Positions 9,451 through 22,455 are shown, counted from the first letter of the stretch. The stretch: DNA of 64,000 nt from an uncultured Christensenellaceae bacterium (GCA_944380355.1 CALWHJ010000002.1:368-64367), one strand, 5' to 3'. Notes: a model not told the origin generated them from the sequence alone. Made by a program: numbers and translations.

Positions 9451-10521
9451 TTATTGAGGTATTTTGATAAGATTATGATTTAAATTTTCTTCAAACTCGG
9501 TACAGGTGATTAAAGTCTGAAGTCCTGCAGACAGTTTAAGGAGTTTTTCACGTCTTGAAGCGTCGAGTTCGCTGAGTACGTCGTCGAGCAGAAGTACGGG
9601 TTTTTCTCCCGTTTCGCTTTCAAAAAAACTGATTTCTGCAAGTTTTAAAGACAGCGCAACAGTGCGTTGTTGTCCCTGCGAAGCGAATTTTCGGGCGTCT
9701 ACACCGTTTATTTTTATAGATATATCGTCCCTGTGGCATCCGAAAGAAGTGTATTGCAAAGACAAATCTTTTTCAAAGTTTTCGTTGAGTTTTTTCAAAA
9801 ACTCTTCCTTTATAGAGCTTATTTCTCCCTGAGGTATTTCGCATTCGTATTCAAGTTGAAGATTTTCTGAATTATTGCTTATTTCAGAATGAGTATTGCG
9901 TGCAAAAACTTTTATTTTTTCTATAAATTCGTATCTCTTCAAAATTATGGTCGCACCGTAAGAAGCAAGCTGAGAATCCCAGCCGTAGAGCATCTCTTTT
10001 ATTTTATCGGGATTGTGTTCTTCCTTTAAAAGTTTGTTGCGCTGAGCTACGATTGCATTGTATTTTGACAGTGCGTTGAAATAATTTTTATTTTGCTGAG
10101 AAAGACTTATATCCATAAATCTTCTTCTTTCTACGGGACTTTCTTTGACAAGTTTCATCTCGTCGGGAGAGAAAAACACTATATTGAGCATACCCAGTAT
10201 CTCGCTGAGTTTGACAAGAGGTATGCCGTCTATCGCAATACGCTTTTTATCCTGTCGGTCGATAGAGTATTCTATCGTATGAGTGGATTTGTTTTTTTTG
10301 ATTGTTACTTTGATATAGGCGTATTCGCTTCCCCAGCGTATCATATCCTTGTATTTATTAGTACGGGGAGAACGACCTATGCCCGCTACGTAAACGCTCT
10401 CTAACAGATTTGTTTTGCCGCTTGCGTTTTGTCCCACTATAATATTCAGACCGTCTTTGAACAATACGGTCTTGTCTTGGTAGTTTCTGAAATTTTTGAG
10501 AGTAACGCTTTCTAAGTGCAT
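9451..10521 (-). CDS. recF: DNA replication/repair protein RecF
   Basis: 356-aa ORF; Walker A GQNASGKTNLLES; signature FASQGQQRTVALSLKLAE; Walker B LLLDDVLSELD. Confidence 0.93.
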   Translation of the reverse strand: MHLESVTLKNFRNYQDKTVLFKDGLNIIVGQNASGKTNLLESVYVAGIGRSPRTNKYKDMIRWGSEYAYIKVTIKKNKSTHTIEYSIDRQDKKRIAIDGIPLVKLSEILGMLNIVFFSPDEMKLVKESPVERRRFMDISLSQQNKNYFNALSKYNAIVAQRNKLLKEEHNPDKIKEMLYGWDSQLASYGATIILKRYEFIEKIKVFARNTHSEISNNSENLQLEYECEIPQGEISSIKEEFLKKLNENFEKDLSLQYTSFGCHRDDISIKINGVDARKFASQGQQRTVALSLKLAEISFFESETGEKPVLLLDDVLSELDASRREKLLKLSAGLQTLITCTEFEENLNHNLIKIPQ

Positions 10522-10861
10522 ACCTGTATTTTACTACATTTTGCGTTTATACCGCAACTGAATAAAGCAATTCTGAAAATTGCTTTTGTTTTATTATAAT
10601 GATTTAAAAATATTTCATACAGATTAATTGTTTTTTAAAAGGAATATTATTAAAAAATTATTAAATTTTTGAGATGATTAATTGTTTTTCGAAGTGATTA
10701 TTTATAAATTTATTTAAAAATATTATATTTACGGTACTATGTACCGTATCGTTTATAATTTATTAATCGAAAAAAAGTGCAAATTGACTTTTATAATAAG
10801 TTATAGTATTATTAAAGTACTTTAAAAAATAAGGGGCTTTAAAGGGGAAAGGAGATTAATT

Positions 10862-11881
10862 ATGATTTGCGATAATTGCGGAAAAGAGGTAAGCGGACCT
10901 TATTGTCCCAATTGCGGACATCCAACAGGGTTATATTCCAATATGAAAATGGAATACGACCCCGACAACGTAGAACATTTCATATCTGCGAATGAAACAA
11001 ACACGTTCAAAAGCACAGACGAAGTAAAAAAGACCGTAGTCAGAAGAGGGGATAAATTTAGACAGGCGGAAGAAGAAAAGAAGGAACAGAAACTTCAGTC
11101 TGTTCAATCCGAGGAAAACTCAAAAGAGGATAAAAAAGCCAAGGATTCAAAGAAAAAGTCAAAAAAAGAGCAAGAAGTCATACAGCCCGAAGACAGTGAC
11201 AGATGGATTATTGCGCCTGTGGATTTTTTTGAAGAAGAAAAAAAATCCAGATTTACAAGCGGTGCGTTCGGATTGTTTTTTATAAGACTGCTCGTAACGT
11301 TGGTATCGACAATTACTCTTGGGCTTGCATATCCTTCTATGGTGTGTTTCTATTATAAGTGGGTAGCGGCGAATACTGAAATAAACGGCAGAAAAACCTA
11401 CTTTGACGGCAACGGACTTCAGCTTTTCGGCAAATACGTACTGTGGGTTTTTCTCACCGTTATCACGCTGGGAATATATTCTTTCTGGCTGGTAGTAAAA
11501 ATGAAACAATGGATTGTATCGCATACTCACTACGTCGACGAAGCCGGAGAGGATAAAAAATCAGAGTTTACGGGCGGTGCGTTCGGATTGTTTTTTGCGC
11601 GTCTGGGCGCGGTGCTTCTGACGATTGTTACTTTGACGATAGGTTTTGCCTGGGCTAAATGCCGGCTTGAAAGATGGAAGGCAAATCACACCGTAATTGA
11701 CGGATATAAACAACAATTTACAGGAAAGGGCGGAAGCTTGTTCGGTAAGTACGTATTATGGACGCTGCTTACGATAATCACTCTCGGCATATACTCCTTC
11801 TGGTATCAGGCAAACTGGAAAAAATGGATTACTGCCAATACGCAAGGAATAAATAAAGAGAGCATAAATTTGACTATATAA
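10862..11881 (+). CDS. zinc-ribbon membrane protein with two DUF898/YjgN-like repeats
   Basis: N-terminal CDNCG...CPNCG; K/E-rich linker; two homologous about 95-aa TM modules (FTSGAFGLFF... and FTGGAFGLFF...); GGAG RBS. Confidence 0.7.
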   Translation: MICDNCGKEVSGPYCPNCGHPTGLYSNMKMEYDPDNVEHFISANETNTFKSTDEVKKTVVRRGDKFRQAEEEKKEQKLQSVQSEENSKEDKKAKDSKKKSKKEQEVIQPEDSDRWIIAPVDFFEEEKKSRFTSGAFGLFFIRLLVTLVSTITLGLAYPSMVCFYYKWVAANTEINGRKTYFDGNGLQLFGKYVLWVFLTVITLGIYSFWLVVKMKQWIVSHTHYVDEAGEDKKSEFTGGAFGLFFARLGAVLLTIVTLTIGFAWAKCRLERWKANHTVIDGYKQQFTGKGGSLFGKYVLWTLLTIITLGIYSFWYQANWKKWITANTQGINKESINLTI

Positions 11882-11894
11882 AAACCTACCTGAA

Positions 11895-11930
11895 AAGACG
11901 CGTTTTCGTAAAAGAGACGCGTCTTTTTCT
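11895..11930 (+). terminator. rho-independent terminator
   Basis: AAGACGCGT ... ACGCGTCTT hairpin followed by TTTTTCTTTT. Confidence 0.65.
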
Positions 11931-12209
11931 TTTGAAACAATAAAAACCTTTTGGGATTTAAATAATTTCATAATTTTATTATAAAAGAGTTTTATTTTCT
12001 TAAGAGGTATAAAAAATATGTATGTATAAATATTTATACAGACTGTTTTTTATAAAATCGCGTGTGAGGGCTTGCAATATGCCCTGTTTTTAATTTTAAG
12101 CCCGTTTAAAGTAATCTTTCGACAAAGCGGAAATTCCCCGTATTTTCCCTCTCAGGGGCTTTTTTTGACGAAAGCGTAAATTATTTTTTCAAAAAACATT
12201 TTTTTTAGT

Positions 12210-12238
12210 TGAGATTAAGTTTTTTATATGATATAATA
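12210..12238 (+). promoter_or_regulatory. candidate sigma-A promoter of gyrBA
   Basis: TTGAGA (12210-12215), 17-nt spacer, TATAAT (12233-12238) with upstream TG (extended -10). Confidence 0.5.
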
Positions 12239-12250
12239 ATTTTATTATAA

Positions 12251-14236
<1,986 letters not shown>

Positions 14237-14246
14237 GAGGTGAACT

Positions 14247-16808
14247 ATGGAAGAAAAGAAAGATAATATTTTTGAAATGCTCGACAAAACCAACGTCATC
14301 AACGTAGACGCCGAAAACGAAATGAAAACTTCGTTTATCGCGTACGCTATGGCGGTAAACGTTTCGCGTGCAATTCCCGACGTAAGAGACGGTCTTAAGC
14401 CCGTACACAGAAGAATCCTCTTCGATATGAACGAACTCGGTCTGACCTCCGATAAGCCCTACCGTAAGTGTGCGCTTATCGTCGGTGACGTGCTCGGTAA
14501 ATACCATCCTCACGGCGACAGCTCGGTTTACGACGCTTTGGTAAGACTTGCGCAGGACTTCTCCATCAGATGTACTCTCGTAGACGGTCACGGTAACTTC
14601 GGTAGCGTGGACGGCGACCCCGCGGCAGCTTACAGATACACCGAGGCAAGACTTAGCAAAATCGCAGCCGAAATGATAAGAGATATCGACAAAAAGACGG
14701 TAGACTTTTATCCCAACTTCGACGATACCAGAGAACAGCCCGTAGTACTTCCTTCGAGATATCCTAACTTGCTCGTCAACGGCAGTGACGGTATTGCGGT
14801 AGGTATGGCTACGTCCATTCCTCCTCACAACCTCGGAGAGGTTATCGACGGTACCGTTGCGCTTCTCGACAATCCCGATATAGACATCGAAGACCTTATG
14901 AAATACATACCCGCGCCCGACTATCCTACGGGAGCTTACATTCTCGGCAGCTCGGGTATCAAAAACGCTTACCGTACGGGTAAAGGTAACTGCATAATCC
15001 GCGCCAGAGCAGAGATAGAAGAAAACCACAACGGCAAGTCGAGAATAATTATTACCGAAATTCCTTATCAGGTAAACAAGGCAAAGCTCATAGAGAATAT
15101 GGCAGACCTCGTAAAGCAAAAGAGAATAGAGGGTATATCCGATATTCACGAGCAAAGCGACAAGGACGGTATGAGAATAGTCGTAGACGTCAAGAAAGAC
15201 GCCAACGCGCAGGTAGTACTCAATACTCTGTACAAGCATACTCAGCTTCAGATATCTCATTCTATGATTATGCTTGCGCTCGTAGACGGTACGCCTAAGA
15301 TAATCAACCTCAAGCAGATTCTCGAAGAGTACGTCAAGCATCAGAAGTCGGTCATCGTACGCCGTACGCAGTTTGACCTCGACAAGGACCTCGAAAAAGA
15401 ACATATCTTGCTCGGCTTAGTCAAGGCTTTGACCAATATAGACGAGGTTATCGAAACAATCAAGAAGTCGTCTGACAGAGCGGTTGCTATCGAAAACCTT
15501 ACTTCAAAATTCGAGCTTAGCGAAAAACAGGCGGTTGCAATCCTCGAAATGAGATTGCAAAGACTTACCGCTCTCGAGGTAGAGAAAATTCAAAAAGACC
15601 TCGCCGACCTCGAAAAAGAGATTGCTGACCTCAGAGATATTCTCGCTAATCCTCAGAGAGTTATCGCGATTATCAAGGACGAACTTCTCGAAATCAAAGC
15701 TAAATACAACGACCCCCGCCGTTCGGAAATCACTTACGATTACAGCGACCTCGATATCGAAGACCTTATCGAAGAAGAGGACGTTGTACTCTCTATTACC
15801 CACGACGGATATATCAAGCGTATGCCCGTCGACGAGTACAGAACTCAAAGAAGAGGCGGCGTAGGAGTTACCGCGCACAAGACGAAAGAAGAGGACTTTG
15901 TAGAAAACGTTATCGCAACTTCTACTCACAACTTCATTCTCTTCTTCTCCAACTTCGGCAAGGTTTACAGATGCAAGGCTTATCAGGTACCTGAAGCAAG
16001 CAAAAACTCCAAGGGCAGAGCTATCATCAACCTGCTCAACCTCGACCCCGGCGAAGTCATCAACGCATACGTTCCCGTACCCAAGGAAAGCACGGGCTAT
16101 CTGATGATGGCTACCAAGCAAGGCCTCATCAAGAAAACGTCCCTTGACGAATTCGTACGCATACAGACCAACGGTAAGAAGGCTATCACCTTCGCAAGCG
16201 AGGACGACGAACTCATAAGCGTTCATATCACCAGCGGCGAAGACCAGATTATTATGGCTTCCAGCGGCGGTAAGTGTATACGTTTCAACGAGCAGGACGT
16301 AAGAGCTACCGGACGTACGAGTATGGGCGTTAAGTCCATAAGACTCGACAAGGGCGAAGTAGTAGTCGATATGACCGTAGTCAAAGAGGATTGCGAAGTG
16401 CTTACCATTACCGAAAACGGCTACGGCAAGCGTACCGACCTCGAAGAGTACAGAGTACAGGGCAGAGCGGGCAGCGGTATCAAAGTCGGCGTACTCAACG
16501 ATAAGACGGGTAACGTCGTCAACCTCAAGCTCGTCAATCCCGAAACCGACGATATTATGATTATCGCGGACAACGGTATCATTATAAGAGTACGCGCAAG
16601 CGAAATCTCCAAGATAGGCAGAAATACGCAGGGCGTAAGAGTAATGAAGATGAAGGACGAAAACGCTAAGGTAGTAGCCTTCACCGTTGTACCTCATCAG
16701 GAGGAAGAGGAAGAAGCCGCAGAGGGCGCGGAAAACGCTGAAGTCGCAGAGAATACCGAAGGCGCGGCGGAAAGTGCCGTACAGGGCGAAAATCAGCCTC
16801 AGGAATAA
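14247..16808 (+). CDS. gyrA: DNA gyrase subunit A, with acidic C-terminal tail
   Basis: 853-aa ORF; [18 protein letters not shown]; active-site Tyr context [11 protein letters not shown]; C-terminal beta-pinwheel repeats; E/A-rich tail. Confidence 0.97.
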   Translation: MEEKKDNIFEMLDKTNVINVDAENEMKTSFIAYAMAVNVSRAIPDVRDGLKPVHRRILFDMNELGLTSDKPYRKCALIVGDVLGKYHPHGDSSVYDALVRLAQDFSIRCTLVDGHGNFGSVDGDPAAAYRYTEARLSKIAAEMIRDIDKKTVDFYPNFDDTREQPVVLPSRYPNLLVNGSDGIAVGMATSIPPHNLGEVIDGTVALLDNPDIDIEDLMKYIPAPDYPTGAYILGSSGIKNAYRTGKGNCIIRARAEIEENHNGKSRIIITEIPYQVNKAKLIENMADLVKQKRIEGISDIHEQSDKDGMRIVVDVKKDANAQVVLNTLYKHTQLQISHSMIMLALVDGTPKIINLKQILEEYVKHQKSVIVRRTQFDLDKDLEKEHILLGLVKALTNIDEVIETIKKSSDRAVAIENLTSKFELSEKQAVAILEMRLQRLTALEVEKIQKDLADLEKEIADLRDILANPQRVIAIIKDELLEIKAKYNDPRRSEITYDYSDLDIEDLIEEEDVVLSITHDGYIKRMPVDEYRTQRRGGVGVTAHKTKEEDFVENVIATSTHNFILFFSNFGKVYRCKAYQVPEASKNSKGRAIINLLNLDPGEVINAYVPVPKESTGYLMMATKQGLIKKTSLDEFVRIQTNGKKAITFASEDDELISVHITSGEDQIIMASSGGKCIRFNEQDVRATGRTSMGVKSIRLDKGEVVVDMTVVKEDCEVLTITENGYGKRTDLEEYRVQGRAGSGIKVGVLNDKTGNVVNLKLVNPETDDIMIIADNGIIIRVRASEISKIGRNTQGVRVMKMKDENAKVVAFTVVPHQEEEEEAAEGAENAEVAENTEGAAESAVQGENQPQE

Positions 16809-16845
16809 TTCTTTCGAATTGGTCTGACCGATTATCAAAAATAAA

Positions 16846-16875
16846 ATACCGCCTCTTAACGGGGCGGTATTTTTG
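16846..16875. terminator. bidirectional hairpin terminator between convergent genes
   Basis: ATACCGCC-N-GGCGGTAT with an A-run upstream and a T-run downstream. Confidence 0.7.
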
Positions 16876-16928
16876 TCGTCATAGTATTTGATTCAAAAGT
16901 TTATTTTATCGTTTATATTTCCTTAAAA

Positions 16929-18482
16929 TTAAAGAGCCGAAGATTGAGAAAACATAACTTTCCCCTCGTTGTTACATGCTTGGAAAAGAATGCTGTCAGC
17001 AGAAAGTGTGATTTTGCTTGCTATGAAAACGCCGTTTTTATGTCCGCCGTCGAGATAGACGCTCAAGCCGTTGTATTCGAAAAATTCGTTAGTGTGAGTA
17101 TGTCCGCTTATAATATATTCCGCACCTAAGTCTTTAAGCGCCGAAAAAGCGCGGCTGCTCAAGTCTTCTTCTATGCAAATCTCGTATGAATGAGAAAGTA
17201 CAACGACTTTTTTATCGCTTTTTTCGAGTGTTTCGAGCCACTGTGTCATATTCTCGCGGTACTGGGCGTAATTGACCATACCGCCGTATTCGGGGTGCGA
17301 ATCTTTCTTGTCTTCGCCGCTGTCAAGCACTATGAATTCGTAGTTGCCGAAAGACGCGGTATAATAAAAACTTTCCATACCGAGATAGTCGGGGAGTTTT
17401 GCGGCGTATTCGCCTCGCGTTTCGTGATTTCCGCGTATGTATACGACAGGAACTTCGCCCTTGCAGAGATTGCCGCCGAATTCGACTATATAATCCTTAA
17501 TCTCCTCTTCGAACATTAGTCCCGGCACGGCGTCGCCTAGCATTATCACGCCGTCGTAATCTCCTGCATAAGACAATGCGTCGTATGCCTTGTCAAGACG
17601 GGTATGCCAGTCAGACACGCAAAGCCATTGTTGCTCCTCGCCGTCGGGCGCGTTGAAAGTATAATTTTGAGATACGACTTCTTTGCCCGTGTAACTTCCG
17701 TAGCTGTATGCCTCCACGACTCTTTTAGAGCCTACGCGGTAGGTATTTCCGTCGAGCTGTTCTTTGGGTACTTCCACGGTGTGAATTTTGCTGTCGCCCT
17801 TAATTCTTCCCATTGCCTCGTCGTAAAGTCTTACGGTTTCGCCTTCGTATTCGTATTCCACGTAGCCCGTGCCTTCGTCGTTTGTGGCGAATACGACTGA
17901 ATAATAGTCTTCGCCGCTATCGATTACGAGGGGAGCGGAAGTGATCTTATAATTGCATACGGGTGCGAGCACCCAGAGTGAAACAATAAACAAACATATA
18001 GCGGTAGATGCTACAGTCACAATTTTTAGAGTTTTGTTTTTGAGGGAGGGAAATACCGAGATAAAGAATACTATCGTGGCGATTGCCGCAAATGCAGGGA
18101 AGTTTTTTGCCGCCATTTTCATGATAACGGGAAAAGTTTCTTCGCCTGCGACTATCATATTTACCATTACACCTATGGCAAATACGATGCAAAGCGCAAA
18201 TCCTATGATCGATAAAGCCGCAAACGTCTTGGTTTCACTGAAGTATCGTTCCTTTATCTTCAAACCGTAAGCTTCTGCGATATATAGGAAAAGAAGCAAA
18301 AGCGTATTGATTATCATCAGACTCAACAACAGATACGATATGCCGTTGAAAACCGTATAGTCTAAAAATACATAATTGGCTCGGCACGAATAAAAGAAAA
18401 ACGCCGTAAAAGCCGAAATTATCGTCAATACCGCGAGCGTTATTTTATTTGTAATAAAATTGAGTAATCTATTTGATTTCAT
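16929..18482 (-). CDS. membrane-anchored calcineurin-like metallophosphoesterase
   Basis: 517-aa ORF; about 6 N-terminal TM helices; phosphoesterase motifs VSDWH, GDAVPG, GNHE, GHTH; AGGGGG RBS. Confidence 0.8.
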   Translation of the reverse strand: MKSNRLLNFITNKITLAVLTIISAFTAFFFYSCRANYVFLDYTVFNGISYLLLSLMIINTLLLLFLYIAEAYGLKIKERYFSETKTFAALSIIGFALCIVFAIGVMVNMIVAGEETFPVIMKMAAKNFPAFAAIATIVFFISVFPSLKNKTLKIVTVASTAICLFIVSLWVLAPVCNYKITSAPLVIDSGEDYYSVVFATNDEGTGYVEYEYEGETVRLYDEAMGRIKGDSKIHTVEVPKEQLDGNTYRVGSKRVVEAYSYGSYTGKEVVSQNYTFNAPDGEEQQWLCVSDWHTRLDKAYDALSYAGDYDGVIMLGDAVPGLMFEEEIKDYIVEFGGNLCKGEVPVVYIRGNHETRGEYAAKLPDYLGMESFYYTASFGNYEFIVLDSGEDKKDSHPEYGGMVNYAQYRENMTQWLETLEKSDKKVVVLSHSYEICIEEDLSSRAFSALKDLGAEYIISGHTHTNEFFEYNGLSVYLDGGHKNGVFIASKITLSADSILFQACNNEGKVMFSQSSAL

Positions 18483-18552
18483 AAGCCCCCTGCAATACTT
18501 TTTTCTATATTATATCACATCGGCAAATCATGTTCAATATCAATTATCGGGT

Positions 18553-18580
18553 AAAAAAAACCGCCTTAATAAAGCGGTTT
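18553..18580 (-). terminator. rho-independent terminator (minus strand)
   Basis: AACCGC/GCGGTT hairpin followed on the minus strand by an 8-nt T-run. Confidence 0.65.
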
Positions 18581-18603
18581 TGATTGTTTAAAATTAATGT
18601 CTT

Positions 18604-18945
18604 TCAGATAAGGAACAATGCCGCAAACAACATTGCCGCGATTAATACGGTAAATCCCAGCGTAACGCTGTGAAGTATCATACTCGTGCGGGTCTGACGG
18701 TCTATATTCTTAAGACGTCTGAGTTTTTGTGCCTTGATTTTGAAAAATACTTCCTCTTGGTCGAGAGGAGCAAGTTTGTAGTACTTGTTGTCTGTCTTAT
18801 CGTTGGCTTTGACAAAGCCTTCGGGAATTGCGCCTATGCTTTTTTCCTTTTCCTCGCACATACGTACTTCTTCTTCGGTTGCTGGTATTAGTCCGTAGCT
18901 GAAGTTTTCTTCAAAGTCGTTGAGCAAATCGAAATTACGTTTCAT
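18604..18945 (-). CDS. hypothetical tail-anchored membrane protein
   Basis: 113-aa ORF; C-terminal TM helix; AGGAGG RBS inside the end of the upstream gene; 4-nt start/stop overlap (translational coupling). Confidence 0.55.
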   Translation of the reverse strand: MKRNFDLLNDFEENFSYGLIPATEEEVRMCEEKEKSIGAIPEGFVKANDKTDNKYYKLAPLDQEEVFFKIKAQKLRRLKNIDRQTRTSMILHSVTLGFTVLIAAMLFAALFLI

Positions 18946-19907
18946 ACTTCCTCCTGAATTACCAAAGCTGCAGCACCGAGAATACCTGCGTCGTTTTTAA
19001 GGCTTGCGGTCTTGACCTCTACATAGGGGTTGAATGCCGCGCCGAAACGCTTTTCGTTGACTGCCGATTGTATAGGTGCGGTAAGATATTCTTTTTCGTA
19101 GCTTATTCCGCCGCCGATAAGTATTGCGTCGGGGCAGAAAATATTTACGAGATTGAGAAGTCCGCAAGTAATGTAACCTATGTATTTATCCACGACTTCC
19201 TGACCCGCCTTGTCGCCTTGTTTAGCTGCTACAAAAGCCGTTTTTCCCGAAACTTTTCCTTCTTCTTTTGCAATCTTGTGCATAAGACTGTCGGGATTTT
19301 TTTGCATAGCTTCAGAGGTCTGTCTGATAAGAGCGGTTGCCGATGCGTATGCTTCCCAGCATCCGCTTCTGCCGCAGTTGCATTTAGGAGCGTCCTCCGA
19401 CGTATTGATTACCATATGTCCGCCTTCCGCGCCTGCGCATTCTCTGCCTTCAAAGAGTTTTCCGTCGATGATAAAGCCCGTGCCTACGCCTGTGCCGAGC
19501 GTAACGAATACGATATCCTTATAGCCTTTGCCTGCGCCGAATACGTACTCGCCTAAAGCTGCGCAGTTGGCGTCATTGTTGAGATATATAGGAACGTCGA
19601 AGTATTTGTGCAGTTCGTCCGCAAGAGGCACGTTTTCGAGAGAAATATTGTTGCTGTATCTGATTACGCCGCGCTTGGAATCTACCGAGCCGGGCTGGCC
19701 GATGCCTATACCTTTGCAGTCCTTGATATCTATCTTTGCGCCTTCGAGCACGAGGTCGATTACCTTTTTGATATCTTCGCTGATACTGTATTCAGCGGTA
19801 TATTTTTCGGTAGTAGGAATAGAGGTCTTGTAGAGTATGTTTCCCGACATATCCACAACGCCGCCCTTAATGGACATACCGCCTACGTCAATACCAATCA
19901 AATACAT
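18942..19907 (-). CDS. glcK: ROK-family glucokinase
   Basis: 321-aa ORF; N-terminal GIDVGGMSIKGG; ROK zinc motif CNCGRSGCWEAY; AAGGAG RBS. Confidence 0.85.
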   Translation of the reverse strand: MYLIGIDVGGMSIKGGVVDMSGNILYKTSIPTTEKYTAEYSISEDIKKVIDLVLEGAKIDIKDCKGIGIGQPGSVDSKRGVIRYSNNISLENVPLADELHKYFDVPIYLNNDANCAALGEYVFGAGKGYKDIVFVTLGTGVGTGFIIDGKLFEGRECAGAEGGHMVINTSEDAPKCNCGRSGCWEAYASATALIRQTSEAMQKNPDSLMHKIAKEEGKVSGKTAFVAAKQGDKAGQEVVDKYIGYITCGLLNLVNIFCPDAILIGGGISYEKEYLTAPIQSAVNEKRFGAAFNPYVEVKTASLKNDAGILGAAALVIQEEV

Positions 19908-19982
19908 AAAATACTCCTTGTCGCTATATGATATGCAAATTACGTGCTAATATTCTTAGCCACCATCATTATAGCGTATTTT

Positions 19983-20470
19983 GTGTAATACCGCAAGCGT
20001 ATTTTGCAAACTTGCCGTAAGCGTATCTTTTGCGTGCTTTTTATTTCGGCGTCCTCGTAATACAGCAAGTATTACTTCGTCCTTCTCAATAAAAATCATT
20101 GCAAAATCTTCAGTTTACGGCTAAGTTTTTAAAATTTACTTGCGGTATTTTTTTGCTAAGTAATTCTCGCCGACTTGCCTATTAAGTACAAGCGGATTAA
20201 TATCATATTTAAATCTGCCTTATTCTTAAAAATGGCGCGGCGCGCAGGCAATACTTGCTGTATTGTCAAGTGAGCAAACAAAACAAAAAAAAGTCTAAAA
20301 ATAAAAAAAGTACCGCAAGACGGCGGTAAGGGCTAGGCTGTAGACAGCGAATTTTCCGGTAATTTGCTTTGAGAAGGACGAAATAATACTGGATGTATTT
20401 TGAGGACGCCGATATGCAAATTACGGAAAAGGTGCGTTTATAGACAGCCCGCACCGCCGCCTTGCGGTAC
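19983..20470. repeat. complex inverted-repeat structure in a 564-bp non-coding gap
   Basis: Arms 20043-20090 and 20368-20416 are about 80% reverse-complementary by eye; each has a GTAATAC-N5-GTATTAC-type hairpin; outer arms 19983-19997 / 20457-20470. Confidence 0.7.
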
Positions 20471-20471
20471 A

Positions 20472-21161
20472 CTATACATGAAAACGTTTTCTGAATTCGT
20501 TTATAAGCGACTTTCTTCCCAGTATTCCGCAGAATATAATCACTACCGACGAAACGCAAGCGCAGGTTATGGACATTGCGGGTTGGGTAATGACGTTGAA
20601 AGCGTAAAGAATTATAGGTATAAAACCTACCGCAGATACGCACATTGCATCGACTATTACGTCATTCCAGAAGCGGAAAGCTATTGCCGTATAAATACCT
20701 ACTACGAGCGTAGAAGACAAAAGTATCGTCGGCAATCCGTAATTCCATACCCACGCGCCCGTAAGCTCTGCCAATTCTTTAGACAGTATGACGTTGACTA
20801 CCAAAAGCACAATTAATGCCCATACGCATTGCCAGAATATTTTTACGCCTATGCTGTTGTTGGAGAGTATGGTGTTGCGCACCAATACAAAACCGTATAC
20901 GCCTAATATTCCCACTATTCCGAACCAGTAAACTTCGGGAGTGGTAAGAAGGTTTATCGGTATGCAAAGGATAAATACGGATATAGCAATCGAAAGATAA
21001 AGACTGCTGGGAGAAAGGTACTTTCGCTCCTTTTTCGTGCTTTTAGAAGGGTATGCCGAGGGGAGTGCATCGGTAGAGTTATCGTCCTCGAGTTTTTCGT
21101 GGCAGAGAGGGCAGACCTTTGCCTTGCATCCTATCTCTACGTTACAGTATTTACAGCGCAT
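20472..21161 (-). CDS. zinc-ribbon polytopic membrane protein
   Basis: 229-aa ORF; N-terminal CKYCN...CPLCH; about 6 TM helices; GGAGG RBS; overlaps the upstream ORF by 11 nt. Confidence 0.65.
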   Translation of the reverse strand: MRCKYCNVEIGCKAKVCPLCHEKLEDDNSTDALPSAYPSKSTKKERKYLSPSSLYLSIAISVFILCIPINLLTTPEVYWFGIVGILGVYGFVLVRNTILSNNSIGVKIFWQCVWALIVLLVVNVILSKELAELTGAWVWNYGLPTILLSSTLVVGIYTAIAFRFWNDVIVDAMCVSAVGFIPIILYAFNVITQPAMSITCACVSSVVIIFCGILGRKSLINEFRKRFHV

Positions 21162-22455
21162 TGTCCACCTCCCAGAAGTTGGACGTAACGGTGAGGTTTA
21201 CGCCGTCCTTCGTAAGATAACTTGCAAAATTTTTCTCTATCTGCGTATCGGTGATACGTCTTGTGAAGGTAATACACAGCTTGCCGTTGCAAGAAATAAT
21301 CGACAGCGAAAGAGGGGTTGTCGCATTTGACGATATAGCAAAGCTTACGCTTTCCACGTGCTTTTTCATACTGTCGGGGATATCCAGCACACCGAAATTA
21401 GACAGCGTTGCCGTCTTTTTTTTCTTGCCGAAAAAGTAGTTGGAGAAATTAAAGAAAAATCTCTTTACGAAAAGCGGTACGAATCTTACGAGGAAAAACT
21501 TTTCCGCCCATACCGTAGTGGAAATTTTGTCTTTCAGCACGTCCTTGTCCATATCGCGCTTGAGGTTGTCGTGCATAATCTTTATGAGTTTATCCATCTC
21601 CATATCTTCATAAGGATTGCAACCTATACGCGAAAACAAAGAGAAGTTTCTCAGCGTTTTTGAGCCGAAAATCTTTCTGAGATTGATAGGCACGAAAAGC
21701 TGTATATTGTTTGCATTTTCTTCCTTGCCTTTTATCTGGCTTTCGTATATTGCCATCATAAACAGCGCGCCGAGATATTCGGTCATAGTACAGCCTTTTG
21801 CGTGACAGATATCCAGCACTTCCTTGACGTCGCAGTACATATGAATTATACCGTTGCCTACGTTGTCAAAGAGTATTCCCTTGATATGGTATGCGTTTTT
21901 GCCCTGCATATCCTTGACCTTGAGGTCTTTGAGGGGAAGCTTCTTGTAGTTGGCAAGAAAAGAGTCTTCAAGCTCTTCGCGCATTACGGGAGAGCCTACG
22001 GTGAGTACCTTCTGGTCAGAGAATACTTCTTTTCCCGATAGATTGAGGTACGTATATACCAGGCTTTTGACAAACTCCGCCGCGCCTGTCGCGTCGCATA
22101 TCGCGTGGAAAAAATCGCATACGATTTGCATATCGAAATAGCTTACTCTGAAGCAGTAACCGTTGCACGACTTATCCGTAATCTTTCTGAAAGACAGCGG
22201 GTCCAACGGATAAACTTTAATCTTTGCGTGGTTGTCGTCGAGATAATACCAAAACGCGCCTTTCATAAGGCGTACCTTGTATACGGGAAAACGCTCTATC
22301 GTCATTTTAAGAGCGTCGAGCAATATATTTTTGTCCACCTTTTCCTTAAGCGTAACGCTCAGTCTGAAGATGTTTTGACTTTTCTTATTAACAAGCATAG
22401 GATAAATTTTAGCCGAATTATCCAGTCTGCTCCAAGTTTGAAGTGATTTAGCCAT
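21151..22455 (-). CDS. HxxxD-motif acyltransferase (condensation/alcohol-acetyltransferase-like superfamily)
   Basis: 434-aa ORF; FFHAICDATG matches the HxxxD catalytic motif of the CAT/condensation/WS-DGAT fold. Confidence 0.65.
   Translation of the reverse strand: MAKSLQTWSRLDNSAKIYPMLVNKKSQNIFRLSVTLKEKVDKNILLDALKMTIERFPVYKVRLMKGAFWYYLDDNHAKIKVYPLDPLSFRKITDKSCNGYCFRVSYFDMQIVCDFFHAICDATGAAEFVKSLVYTYLNLSGKEVFSDQKVLTVGSPVMREELEDSFLANYKKLPLKDLKVKDMQGKNAYHIKGILFDNVGNGIIHMYCDVKEVLDICHAKGCTMTEYLGALFMMAIYESQIKGKEENANNIQLFVPINLRKIFGSKTLRNFSLFSRIGCNPYEDMEMDKLIKIMHDNLKRDMDKDVLKDKISTTVWAEKFFLVRFVPLFVKRFFFNFSNYFFGKKKKTATLSNFGVLDIPDSMKKHVESVSFAISSNATTPLSLSIISCNGKLCITFTRRITDTQIEKNFASYLTKDGVNLTVTSNFWEVDNAL

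Noticed and set aside
10522-10861. 340-bp very AT-rich divergent spacer (recF / DUF898 gene) as the replication origin
   Set aside because: It has repeated ATTAATTGTTTTT motifs and would make gene orientation symmetric. I could find no DnaA-box-like 9-mers in it by eye, so it is more simply a pair of divergent promoters. GC-skew analysis would be needed to revisit this.
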